From an uncultured bacterium (GTDB taxonomy: Bacteria > Hydrogenedentota > Hydrogenedentia > Hydrogenedentales > JAEUWI01), in contig CAXBPH010000027.1 in NCBI GenBank assembly GCA_963977445.1, positions 1-39,739 of the forward strand: a stretch of 39,739 nt of DNA, read 5' to 3'. A program made the position numbers and the translations under genes. Below the pieces are notes generated by a model, which was not told the origin of the DNA, did not search any database, and was given only the letters and a program-made list of their open reading frames with translations. Shown piece after piece: positions 18,585 through 28,700 of this stretch (the stretch's first letter is position 1; each line of letters opens with the position of its first letter).

Positions 18585-19526
18585 ATGGCACTTATTGAAT
18601 TGGACAACGTAGAGGTTCATTACGGAACCTTCAAGGCACTGGATGGCATCAGTTGCCAGATTGATGGTGGAGCGGTGGGTCTGCTCGGCCCCAACGGAGC
18701 GGGTAAGAGCACCTTGATGAAAACCCTGTTGGGTTTCAATCGGGCGAGCTCGGGTCAGGTCCGTATTCTGGGCCACGAGATGCCCCAGGCGGCCTTGCGC
18801 ATTCGCCAGGAACTGGGTTACATGCCCGAACGCGAAGTCGTCAGTCCCAGTGTGAGCGCCGTATCTTTTCTCACCTACGTCGGCCGCCTCTTTGGCATGG
18901 TCCGCGTCGACGCCATGGAACGCACCCACGAACTGCTGAATTACGTGGGGCTCGGTGAAAGCCGTTATCGCAAGATGGAAACCTATTCCACGGGCATGCT
19001 CCAGCGCGTCAAATTGGCCCAGGCCCTGATCCACGACCCCCGGCTCCTGTTACTGGACGAACCAACCAATGGACTGGATCCGGAAGGCCGCCTTGAGATG
19101 CTTGAACTCATCGCGGACATCGGAAAAAAGCGCAATGTGACTGTCGTCCTCTCCTCCCACCTCCTGCCCGATGTGCAGCATGTCTGCGATCGCGTCATCA
19201 TGGTTCAACATGGCAAGGTGGTCGAAGACAATACCATCGAAGCCCTCACGGCCCCCCGGGACAGCCAGTTTGTCGTACAGGTGCATGGTGGTCAGGATCA
19301 GTTCATCGCCCGTGTTGAAGAAGGTGGCGGTCAACGGATTCAACAGCGAGACGAGACCTTGTTGATTCAGCTCCCTGCGGGTGCAACGGTGGAATACCTG
19401 TTCCAGGCCGCCCGCGATTCTAAGACCCAGATTCGCCAGCTCGAGCCCGCAAAAAGTAGTCTGGCGGAAGTATTCTTGAAAGCCATGGCGCTCCCCAGGA
19501 CGCCTTCCGGGGAGGATGCCGCCTGA
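18585..19526 (+). CDS. ABC transporter ATP-binding protein (ABC-2/DrrA-like)
   Basis: Walker A GPNGAGKST, signature YSTGMLQR, Walker B LLLLDEPT, H-loop SSH. Confidence 0.95.
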   Translation: MALIELDNVEVHYGTFKALDGISCQIDGGAVGLLGPNGAGKSTLMKTLLGFNRASSGQVRILGHEMPQAALRIRQELGYMPEREVVSPSVSAVSFLTYVGRLFGMVRVDAMERTHELLNYVGLGESRYRKMETYSTGMLQRVKLAQALIHDPRLLLLDEPTNGLDPEGRLEMLELIADIGKKRNVTVVLSSHLLPDVQHVCDRVIMVQHGKVVEDNTIEALTAPRDSQFVVQVHGGQDQFIARVEEGGGQRIQQRDETLLIQLPAGATVEYLFQAARDSKTQIRQLEPAKSSLAEVFLKAMALPRTPSGEDAA

Positions 19527-20401
19527 TGCCCATCTATACCCGAAGCTACCGAAACTACGAAGGCACCTTTCGACGTCGAAACCGCTGGTTACTCATCGTC
19601 GAGCAGGAGCTTCGCATCCTGGTGAAGAGCAAGATTTTCCAACTCCTGTGTTTCGGAGCCTTTCTGCATTGGCTTGCCCGTCTCTTACAGATAGTCGCCT
19701 ACGACGTCATCATCCAGGACCCCAACCACGTGTTGGCCGTTGTGTTGCAGCAGGCGAAGTTCATCACGGTGAATGAGCAGACCTTTTTCGACTTTTTGCG
19801 CATTCAGGGCCCCCTCGTGTTCCTGACCTGCTTGTTCGCCGGTTCCGGGATGATCTGCAATGATTTCCGAAACAACCTGATGGAAGTGTATTTTTCCAAG
19901 CCCATCACCTGGCGGGACTATGCCCTGGGCAAGTCCCTTACCCTCATCGCTATCGGACTGTCCTTCACGGCGCTTCCCGCATTCTTGCTCGTCATTATTC
20001 ATAATTTTCTGGCGCCGGGTTGGGAAACCCTCATGACAACACGCTGGTGGCCCGTAGAGATCTTCGCATTCTCGTTGATCCTGGTCGTCCCCATCGCCTT
20101 GGGTGTGCTGGCCTGCTCGTCCTTGCTTCAAAGTCAGAACTTCGCCGGCATTACGGCCTTCATGATACTGGTTGCCAATCTGGTCATGGCCGGACTTCTC
20201 GCAGGTTTTCTACAAAATGAAAATTATCTCCTGCTGAGCATTCCGGTTTCTCTGGACCGTATCGGCCAGGCCATATTTAATCAGCCTCGGATAGTATTTT
20301 CCCTGGGCTGGGGCTGGCCACTTGCCTTGGTGACGGGGCTATCGGTGATGTGCGTTGCGATAATAGGACGCGCCGTACGTCGTGCGGAGTGTGCGCCATG
20401 A
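19526..20401 (+). CDS. ABC-2 type permease
   Basis: About 6 TM helices, motif YFSKPITWRDYALGK, TGATG translational coupling. Confidence 0.88.
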   Translation: MPIYTRSYRNYEGTFRRRNRWLLIVEQELRILVKSKIFQLLCFGAFLHWLARLLQIVAYDVIIQDPNHVLAVVLQQAKFITVNEQTFFDFLRIQGPLVFLTCLFAGSGMICNDFRNNLMEVYFSKPITWRDYALGKSLTLIAIGLSFTALPAFLLVIIHNFLAPGWETLMTTRWWPVEIFAFSLILVVPIALGVLACSSLLQSQNFAGITAFMILVANLVMAGLLAGFLQNENYLLLSIPVSLDRIGQAIFNQPRIVFSLGWGWPLALVTGLSVMCVAIIGRAVRRAECAP

Positions 20402-21318
20402 GCACGATTATTTCCGCAAAAGGCGTTTCCAAGTGGTTTGGCGAAGTCGTCGCCCTCAACGATCTGAACGTAGAAATAGAAACCGGGGTCACCGGCCTTC
20501 TGGGGGCCAATGGTGCCGGAAAAAGCACCTTCATCAAACTCGCTCTGGGCCTCTACTATCCTTCCAGAGGTTCCATTTCGGTCTTTGGTAAGGCCCCGCG
20601 AAACGATATGAGCGTACTCCGGCGCATCGGCTACTGCCCGGAGCTGGACACCTTCTACGACAATATGACCGGCTATGAATATGTCTATTGGCTCAGTCGC
20701 TACTGGGGCATGTCGGCAAAAAATGGACGAATCGCGGCGGAACAGGCCTGTGAACGGGTCCGCATGACCGATCGGATGGACGACCCCATCGAAGAGTACA
20801 GCAAAGGCATGCGCCAGCGTATCAAGATTGCCCAGGCCCTGTCGACGGATCCCGATTTACTCTTTCTCGATGAGCCCATGGCGGGGCTGGACCCCCAGGG
20901 TCGGGAAGAAATGTTTTCCCTGATCCGCGAGCTGGGCGACAACGGATATTCCGTGCTTGTATCGAGCCATATCCTTTATGAAGTCGAGCGGGTTACGGAC
21001 AACGTAGTCCTGCTGTTTCAGGGCAGCCTCATGGCCCACGGCAAAGTCCGCGAGATTCGCGGCCTGATTGACAGCCACCCCCACACCATCCACGTAGATT
21101 GCTCCGCCCCCCGGGCGTTGGCGGCCTATTTTGTAGCGGACACCTCCGTACTCCATTTGGATTTTGAGGGGGACAACCGGCTCGTCATCCGAACAAAAGA
21201 CCCGAACGCCTGCTACGATCAAATCAACGCGGCGGCCCTTCAACCCCAAATCGACATTACCCGAATTCACTGTGCGGATGACAGTCTGCAAGCCGTCTTC
21301 GACTATCTGGTGAAATAA
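20398..21318 (+). CDS. ABC transporter ATP-binding protein (second ATPase)
   Basis: GANGAGKST, YSKGMRQR, LLFLDEP, SSH. ATGA overlap with the preceding permease. Confidence 0.95.
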   Translation: MSTIISAKGVSKWFGEVVALNDLNVEIETGVTGLLGANGAGKSTFIKLALGLYYPSRGSISVFGKAPRNDMSVLRRIGYCPELDTFYDNMTGYEYVYWLSRYWGMSAKNGRIAAEQACERVRMTDRMDDPIEEYSKGMRQRIKIAQALSTDPDLLFLDEPMAGLDPQGREEMFSLIRELGDNGYSVLVSSHILYEVERVTDNVVLLFQGSLMAHGKVREIRGLIDSHPHTIHVDCSAPRALAAYFVADTSVLHLDFEGDNRLVIRTKDPNACYDQINAAALQPQIDITRIHCADDSLQAVFDYLVK

Positions 21319-22208
21319 TGGACCCCTCCCAGCCCACCATGAAGAAAAACAGTATCCTCCCGAAACCCGTCCCGGCCTCCGGTGCGTTGCAGCAGTACCT
21401 ATACTGCTTTCAGGCATCCTTTGGACACAGCCTCACGCTGATGCTGCGCCGACAGCGCATCATACTGGCGGCGGTCATTACCTTTCTTCCGGTCATCATC
21501 CCGCTGGCCATGGCTATGCTATCCGACCCTATGATGAACCAATCGGGGATAGACGTCTTTGACAAAATGGCCCGGGAAGCCCACGTAAACACGCTGGCCC
21601 CCCTCCTGGCCCTGTTCTTTGCCACCATGATCATCGGTGAAGACGTGGAAAGCCGCACCATTCCCCTCATGCTCACCCGGCCCATGCCACGAAGCGCCTG
21701 GGTATTGGGACGCTTCACCGCCTACCTGGGCGTATCCACCGGCATACTGGGGCTTTCACTCCTGCTTACCTTTTGCGCTTCCACGGCCCTGGCCGACTTA
21801 TCCTTTGATCGCGATGGCCTGGAGAAGCTCATTGCCAGCGAATTTGTGGTATTTATGGCCCTATTCGCCAATGGAGCCCTGGCGCTCTTTCTTGGCGCCG
21901 TCACCAAGCGGCCCATCGTCATTGGAGTGCTCGTCCTCTATGGCTGGCAGCGTCTGGCGACCTACGTTCCCGGCGTGGTCGACTTCCTCACCATCATGAA
22001 ATACACCAATGCCATGATGCCCCAGATAATCGAAGCTTCCAATGCCGTGGTTCGAGAGGAAATTCTCGCGTTTCGGAAAGAAGTGTTCTATCTTGGTGCC
22101 GGAAAGGCTGCCGCCATGCTGACGGTCATCACGACCTGCCTGCTGGCCCTGTCGGTAGTCGTGGTTCGACTGCGCGAGTACGCGACGGACCGGGCAATCG
22201 GAAGCTGA
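21318..22208 (+). CDS. ABC-2 type permease (second)
   Basis: About 6 TM helices, motif EDVESRTIPLMLTRPMPR, TAATG coupling. Confidence 0.88.
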   Translation: MDPSQPTMKKNSILPKPVPASGALQQYLYCFQASFGHSLTLMLRRQRIILAAVITFLPVIIPLAMAMLSDPMMNQSGIDVFDKMAREAHVNTLAPLLALFFATMIIGEDVESRTIPLMLTRPMPRSAWVLGRFTAYLGVSTGILGLSLLLTFCASTALADLSFDRDGLEKLIASEFVVFMALFANGALALFLGAVTKRPIVIGVLVLYGWQRLATYVPGVVDFLTIMKYTNAMMPQIIEASNAVVREEILAFRKEVFYLGAGKAAAMLTVITTCLLALSVVVVRLREYATDRAIGS

Positions 22209-22228
22209 GTCCACCCAGGGTCGAGCTG

Positions 22229-22244
22229 GGAGTCTGACTCCTGG
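22229..22244. repeat. Palindromic repeat copy 2 (GGAGTC-T-GACTCC-TGG)
   Basis: Identical 16-mer to 18453-18468, 20 nt after the ABC operon stop. Confidence 0.8.
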
Positions 22245-22360
22245 TACCGCACAAATCAGTTGTCCTGCCCACGCCCCTCGCCACAGGACTATCGCCATCG
22301 GGCCTGGCTGCGCTATACTTCCGTCTCCCCCGCTGCCGCATGTTTACCTGAAAAGATCCC

Positions 22361-23605
22361 ATGGACAAAGCCCACTTCCGTATCTGTCTCGCCGCCTTTC
22401 TGTTGGATGGAGCGCTGATGGTCATCCTGACCGCCATGCCGTTCTACATTTACCAGCACTTAAATGGGTCGGTTGCCATTCCCGCCAATATCGGTGCGGC
22501 ACAATCGCTGCTCTATGCCTTCGTGTGCCTCGGGATGAGTCGGTGGATAGGGGGCAACCGGCATGGTCTCCGCTGGGCCGCCTTCGGGGCCTTTTACTAC
22601 TGCGCGGGCTCTGCGGTGGCCGTTCTCATGCCCGGCATCTGGAGCTTCGCCCTCGTCAGTATCCTGGCCATCATGGGCATGTCGGTCGTCTGGCCCAGCC
22701 TCCATGGCTGGCTTGGGGCCGACCCCGATCCCCATCGCCGTGCCCGGGCCATGAGCCGATTTAATGTCTCCTGGAGTGCGGGACTGGCCGTGGGGCCTCT
22801 ATTGGGCGGATTTCTCTATGACTGGCAGCCTCTGGCACCCTTTTTCGCGACTTTTTTCATGGGGGCGGCCTGCTTTGCCCTCCTCTGGGGTATGCCGCAA
22901 GAAGAGGATTACTATCCGGAGATTGCCGAAGAGCCCGAACCGGCGTGGGATGCCCATGCCCGGGAAAGCGAACGTTTCCTCCTGGCTTCGTGGATTGCCA
23001 ATGGTGTGGGCTGGGCATTGGTCGGCGTCACCCGCCTGGTATTCACGAAACGGGTGGAGAATCTGGTTGACACCCAGGAACTTCGTCTCTTTGCCGAGGC
23101 CACCGCGCCGACCTATCTGACCGAGAACGCCGCCAGCATTTACGCCGTAATCGCCTTTCTGCTGGCCGCCATGGGCGGGGTAATCTTTGGGCTCATGGGA
23201 AAAACCAGCCGCTGGCACCACCGTTTTCGCTACATCGCCGGTTTGCAGATTGCGGCCGCCGGGGCATTCTGGGTTCTTGGCAACACCCAGAGTCTCGCCG
23301 TCATGAGCGTGGCGTTCATGGTCATTGGCGGCCTGAGCGGCGCAGGCTTTTTTCTGGGCTCCTATTACAGCATGGCCAACTTCTCCAAACGGCGCCAGCG
23401 CTCGGCCATCAACGAGGTGTTTGTGGGCGTGGGCAGCTTTATGGGCCCCGTTGCCGTCGGCTACCTTGCGGAACGACACGGCGTCTCCACGCCCTTTCTA
23501 TACATCCCGGCCGCCGTTGCCGTCGCGCTGGCCGTCCAGTTCTATCTCATTCGTGTGAAAGCGCACCCCCTCGTTCCACAGGTCCCCGCCCCACCGACCC
23601 CATGA
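22361..23605 (+). CDS. Major facilitator superfamily transporter
   Basis: 6+6 TM arrangement with a central hydrophilic loop, motifs RARAMSRFN...GLAVGPLLGG and GSFMGPVAVGYLAE. Confidence 0.88.
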   Translation: MDKAHFRICLAAFLLDGALMVILTAMPFYIYQHLNGSVAIPANIGAAQSLLYAFVCLGMSRWIGGNRHGLRWAAFGAFYYCAGSAVAVLMPGIWSFALVSILAIMGMSVVWPSLHGWLGADPDPHRRARAMSRFNVSWSAGLAVGPLLGGFLYDWQPLAPFFATFFMGAACFALLWGMPQEEDYYPEIAEEPEPAWDAHARESERFLLASWIANGVGWALVGVTRLVFTKRVENLVDTQELRLFAEATAPTYLTENAASIYAVIAFLLAAMGGVIFGLMGKTSRWHHRFRYIAGLQIAAAGAFWVLGNTQSLAVMSVAFMVIGGLSGAGFFLGSYYSMANFSKRRQRSAINEVFVGVGSFMGPVAVGYLAERHGVSTPFLYIPAAVAVALAVQFYLIRVKAHPLVPQVPAPPTP

Positions 23606-23877
23606 AAAAGTTAGCCTATTGGGTCAAGGCTTCAGGCGTGGCCGACATGGGCTCGCGTGGCATCCGAATTCACTAGCAGCCCGTTGCCAGGGCACGACGG
23701 TGTTCGATGCATGACTTTGACCCGTGTCTGCCATCGGCCCCAAGCATTTTACGTGAAAGGTACGACAGTAGAACGAAACCCGATATGGGTTCTTGGACAC
23801 ATAGGTTATTGTTTCAACGCGCCCCAAAATATCTGCAACCTATTACTTTAAAAACACTTACAAAAACTATTGCCTCT

Positions 23878-23893
23878 TGGCACGGTCCGTGCT
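23878..23893 (+). promoter_or_regulatory. Candidate sigma-54 (-24/-12) promoter upstream of degP
   Basis: TGGCACGGTCCGTGCT with GG (23879-80), N10, GC (23891-92), preceded by an AT-rich tract. Confidence 0.6.
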
Positions 23894-24058
23894 TCCGTAG
23901 GATCGGTGTGCGAGGCTGCCTGCCTGCGATGGGGTATAAAATAATTTGCCCCATCCCATCCAGACGGATGTATATCATGTGCCCGGTGGCGTATGCTATA
24001 AGGGAGGAATGAGCCCAGTGGGTTCACTTCGTTGCGCTTACCATCAAAGGAGATGTTT

Positions 24059-25573
24059 ATGTCTGCGTATTTTAGATCAACACTTAAACGCCCAGCCTGT
24101 TTTTGCGCCAGCACCGTGCTGTGTCTCGGCATGCTGGTTGGTGCCATGCCCCATGCTTCCGCACAGGGAGAAGCCGATGCCATTGGCACGTTAAAACATC
24201 TTGGAAATGCTTTCGCGGAAATTACGGCCTCTACCTCGCCGGCCGTCGTATTCATTCGCATTGAGAAAAAAATGGGAAATCGTTCCATGGGCATGCGTGG
24301 CCGTGGCGGCAATATCCCCGATGACCTCCTCGAAAAGTTCTTTGGCATCCCCGGCCACCCTGGCGCGCCAGGCGACCCGGGCGCTCAGGAAGAAGCACCG
24401 GCCGACGATATACCCCTTCCCGTCGGCCAGGGCAGCGGATTTATCATCAGCCAGGACGGCTATATCATCACCAACCACCACGTGGTCAATGAAGCCGATA
24501 ATATAGTCGTGCAATTGGATGACGGTCGGGAATTCGACGCCGAAGTCATCGGCAGTGATGAAGATACGGAAGTGGCCGTTATCAAAATCGCGGCCGACGG
24601 CCTTCCGACGCTGAATTTCGGCGACTCCGATGAAATTCGGGTCGGCGAATGGGTACTCGCCATTGGCAACCCCTTCGGACTGAGCCACAGTGTCACGGCC
24701 GGTATCGTCAGCGCCCGTGGCCGCAGCGACGTTGGTCTGGGCAATCGGGAGTTCTTTGCGGACTTCATTCAGACCGATGCGGCAATCAATCCCGGCAACT
24801 CCGGTGGTCCCCTGCTCAATCTCGATGGCCAGGTCATTGGCTTGAACACAGCCATCCTCAGCCGTAGTGGCGGTTATATGGGCATCGGGTTCGCCATTCC
24901 CATCAACATGGTCAAATACATTACCGACCAGCTCATGAAGAACGGTGAAGTCGTACGCGGATTCCTGGGAATCAACATCCAGGATCTGGACGCCATCACC
25001 TCCCAGTCCTTTGATAACGTCGACCAGGGCGTTCTGGTAGCCCAGGTCATTGAGGGCACCCCGGCTGCCGAGGCGGGTATCGAACGGGCCGACGTTATCG
25101 TCGAGCTGAACGGTAAACCCACCAACAGTGCAGGTACCTTCAAGAGCCGCATCTCTATCATCGCCCCCGGTGACGTAGCCCATCTGGTCATCGTCCGCGA
25201 AGGTGCCCGAATCACCAAAGATGTGACCATCGGAGAACGGCCGGAAAATCTGGAAGAGCGCAGCAACACGCGCCCGGGGATGAGCAAGAGCAGCGCCCTC
25301 GGCATTGAAGTGCAGAACCTTACGGAAGAACTGGCCGAACGGCTGGGTGCATCGACGACGGTAGGCGTGGTCATTACCAACGTGACCGCCAACTCTCCCG
25401 CCGCGCGGGCGGGACTTCGTTCCGGCATGGTGGTGCAGGAAGTAAACCGTACGGTCATCAACAGCACCGACGATTTCAACGCCGCGCTGAAGGAGTTGGA
25501 GAACGAGAAATCCGTTCTTCTACTGGTCAGCGAGGGTGAATTCTCCCGCTACGTGCCGCTGAAACTGAAATAA
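24059..25573 (+). CDS. degP: Periplasmic serine endoprotease, DegP/DegQ (HtrA) family, two PDZ domains
   Basis: Signal peptide, GSGFII, TNHHVV (His), DTEVAVIKI, IQTDAAINPGNSGGPL (Ser) and two PDZ domains. RBS AAGGAG lies 6 nt before ATG 24059. Confidence 0.95.
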   Translation: MSAYFRSTLKRPACFCASTVLCLGMLVGAMPHASAQGEADAIGTLKHLGNAFAEITASTSPAVVFIRIEKKMGNRSMGMRGRGGNIPDDLLEKFFGIPGHPGAPGDPGAQEEAPADDIPLPVGQGSGFIISQDGYIITNHHVVNEADNIVVQLDDGREFDAEVIGSDEDTEVAVIKIAADGLPTLNFGDSDEIRVGEWVLAIGNPFGLSHSVTAGIVSARGRSDVGLGNREFFADFIQTDAAINPGNSGGPLLNLDGQVIGLNTAILSRSGGYMGIGFAIPINMVKYITDQLMKNGEVVRGFLGINIQDLDAITSQSFDNVDQGVLVAQVIEGTPAAEAGIERADVIVELNGKPTNSAGTFKSRISIIAPGDVAHLVIVREGARITKDVTIGERPENLEERSNTRPGMSKSSALGIEVQNLTEELAERLGASTTVGVVITNVTANSPAARAGLRSGMVVQEVNRTVINSTDDFNAALKELENEKSVLLLVSEGEFSRYVPLKLK

Positions 25574-25597
25574 GTTCAACGACCGCTGAATCTATGG

Positions 25598-25632
25598 GCG
25601 TCCCCGGAGTACTCCGGGGACGCTTTTTCTTT
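25598..25632 (+). terminator. Intrinsic terminator after degP
   Basis: Perfect palindrome GCGTCCCCGGAGTACTCCGGGGACGC followed by TTTTTCTTT. Confidence 0.88.
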
Positions 25633-25771
25633 ACCGAAACCTTTTCTTCTCTCGTCGTATTATAGACTTCGGCAATTGTTTATGACTTTCCAATTATGCT
25701 CGGCTATGCTTTAATAGAGAATGCGTGCACAATCAATTCCGCCTGCGGCGGTCGAGGAGCAACCTGTCACG

Positions 25772-28700
25772 ATGAATACACCTCTCCGAATCCACAACGT
25801 GGTGTGCCTCGGCTTTCTGGCCCTGCTTGCCCTGCCCATGACCCACCTGGTGGCACAGGAAAATGGAGCCGGTGGAGGCCCCCGCCTGGTAGGGACCTAC
25901 CCCCTGCCCGACGCGGTTTTTGACACGGAAATCGTCTTCTACTTTGACCGTCCCCTGGCCCCCGCAGACGATCCCGCAACCCTGATTCAGATTGTGCCCC
26001 CCCTGCAAGGCACCTGGAGTCAGGGGGCGCAGCATGTCGCTTTGGCGGTCAAGCCTGACACGAAAAGAAAACCCGAGCGCTACGTGGCTACCTTTCTGCC
26101 TGCCCTGACCGGCACCGATGGACTGGCACCTTCGCCGCTGCAGGAGCCCATCGCATTCACCAATTTTCAGTTGGGTCTTAGCTCCCTCGCCTTTGGAACG
26201 ATTGGGGCCCACACGACAACGCTCACCTTTAGTTTTTCTGCCACGATATCCTGGGAATCCCTGGAGAACCACCTTCGTATTGCCGATGGGCAGGGCGCAG
26301 CCGTTGAATACTCCGTGGTGCACCGGAGTGACTCCCCCCACCAAACGGTCACCCTGCCCACCCAATCGGCCCTCCCCTTTCAAGTCACCATCCTTCCTGG
26401 CCTCTACGATACGTCCCGCCGTTTCCAGACCCCGGTCCCGATCCATCAGACCCTTCAGGGGCCTGGCCAGTTCGCGCTGGACAAATTGACATGGCAGCAT
26501 GTGACCCCCTTGTCGGACCAGATCGACTTTTCCGTAAATTTTCCAGTCGACCCAAACGCGTTCCTGGCGTATTTTCAGGTAGTTCCCGAGGGCAGCGAAA
26601 CACCGCTGACACTGGAACCCCATATCGAGGATGAATCGAAACAAACCACGACCTCCCCTTCCTATCGCTTTGACCGGCCCACCGAGGCCTATTCCATGCT
26701 GAACTATCGCTTCACGGGCACCATGGACCGGTTGCCGCCCCTCTACACCCAAGCCCCCCAACAGGGCACCCTGAACCTGAAACGCGACGTCCTTCGTATC
26801 GAGTATCATAATTGGCAATCGGAAGGCGCTGATCCCCTCCATCTCCAGTTATATTTCAATGGCACCGTCGACCCCCAGGCCGTGCTGAGCCATGTAGAAC
26901 TCTCCCCCGCTGCCGCCAACCTGACCGCCGCCACGGGCGAAAACGGTAGCATCGATCTTTATGGCGACTGGAAAACGGGGACCACCTACCGCCTGATTCT
27001 CCGCCCCGGGCTCCGGGATCAGAGTGACTATCTGGAGATGACCAAGCCCCAGGCCTGGAATCCCGGAGAGGTCCCAAAACGTAGCGGCATCGGTTTTGCC
27101 TTTGAAACCCCCTATTACTTTCCCCGACGCACCGCCGGGCCCATGCCCCTCTATGGCAGAAACCTGAAGGAAGCCCAGGCCACCCTCTATGAGCTCTTCC
27201 CCTCCAATCTCGTCAAGGCACTCGACCAGATGGAAAGCGGAAAAGCAGCCGGTGAATTCGGCTGGGGGCTCGCTGAAAAAATTGCAGAGCATACCGTTAC
27301 CTTTGACGGCCCACCGGACACCCGCCTCGAAGGCAACATCCCTCTCGACGGCTTCATGCCGGAAGATCGCAAAGGCATCTTCGGAATTTCCGTATCGCCC
27401 GCTTATGACTACTACAACACCAAAATCGTCGTTTGGACAGATCTCGGGGTGCTGGCCCACTGGCAGGACGACGAGTTGCTGGTCTATACCCACAACCTTT
27501 GGGATTTGACCCCCGTCGCCGGTGCGAAAGTAACCCTCTATTCCCATAAGCACCAGATTATGGGGGAGAGTCAGTCCAATGCCGACGGCGTGGCCCGCCT
27601 GGCGAATTGGAATCCGGAATTGGGTACGCCCAAGGTCGTGATTGTAGAAACGGCCGATGACTACACCTTTTTACCGCTCCAGGAACGGTCGGAAGATCCA
27701 GTCACCTACAAAGACAGCATGCCCCCTTACGATCCCGATGGCTACGATGCCTTTCTCTATGCGGATCGCAATCTCTACCGCCCCGGCGAGACGGTCCATC
27801 TGCGGTGGCTGGTTCGCCATGCCGATGGAAGTCCCCTGAGCGAAGCGCCCCTCACGATTAAAGTGGTCGACCCGCAAAATGGAAAACACTCCTACACCGA
27901 GACCCTCTCTCGTTGGGGTAGTGGCACCCTCGATGTGGAAACGAAGTCGGACTGGCTAACCGGGAACTATCAGGTATCGGTATGGGTGCCCGGCGCCAAC
28001 GTTGCCTTAACCACGCAGATCATCAGTATCGAGGAGTTTGTACCGAATCGCCTTTCCGCAGCGGTAACCTCGGAAGCCCCCCATTGGCTGCCGGGCGAAG
28101 AGCACGGCATCACAGTCCACGGCGACCATTTATCGGGTGGCCCCGCCCGTGAACGAAAAACGGGGGCGGTAGTCATTCTCGAGAAACGCCCCTGGGCCCC
28201 CGAGGGCTGGGATGAATACAGTTTTGGAAATGATGCCGAGTTCAAGACCGACGTTCGCGATCTCGGCGAAGGCAAGACCGACGAAAACGGCAACGCCGCC
28301 TATACTTTCGTTTGGCATCCAGACAAGAACTTGTCCTTTCCCGTTGGGGCGACGATTCGTGGTGAAGTCTTCGAAGCAGGCGGGCGCAGTGTATCTACCC
28401 GTATGGAGAGCACCCTCTTCCCTGCAGATGCATTGACCGGTCTCGCCGTGGCGAACGCCGGAGACCAAAACGCCATCGATGTGGCGGTGGCGGCCGTACA
28501 ACCCGATGGCCAGCCCGCTGCGATACCGTCGGTGGAAGTGCGCCTTGAAAAGCGGCAGTGGCGCTACTACGTGCGCCGTTATTCGAGCCACAACGAAGCC
28601 AACTGGAATGAGCAGTATGAAACTCTGAGCACCCATACGGTCCCCCTGAGCGGCGGCAAGGGCACGGTAAGAATTCCCTTCCCCGAGGGCTGGGGTAATT

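Noticed and set aside
23624..24348. Small ORFs in the MFS-degP intergenic region
   Set aside because: No recognisable motifs or convincing RBS, mutually overlapping, and the region looks regulatory.
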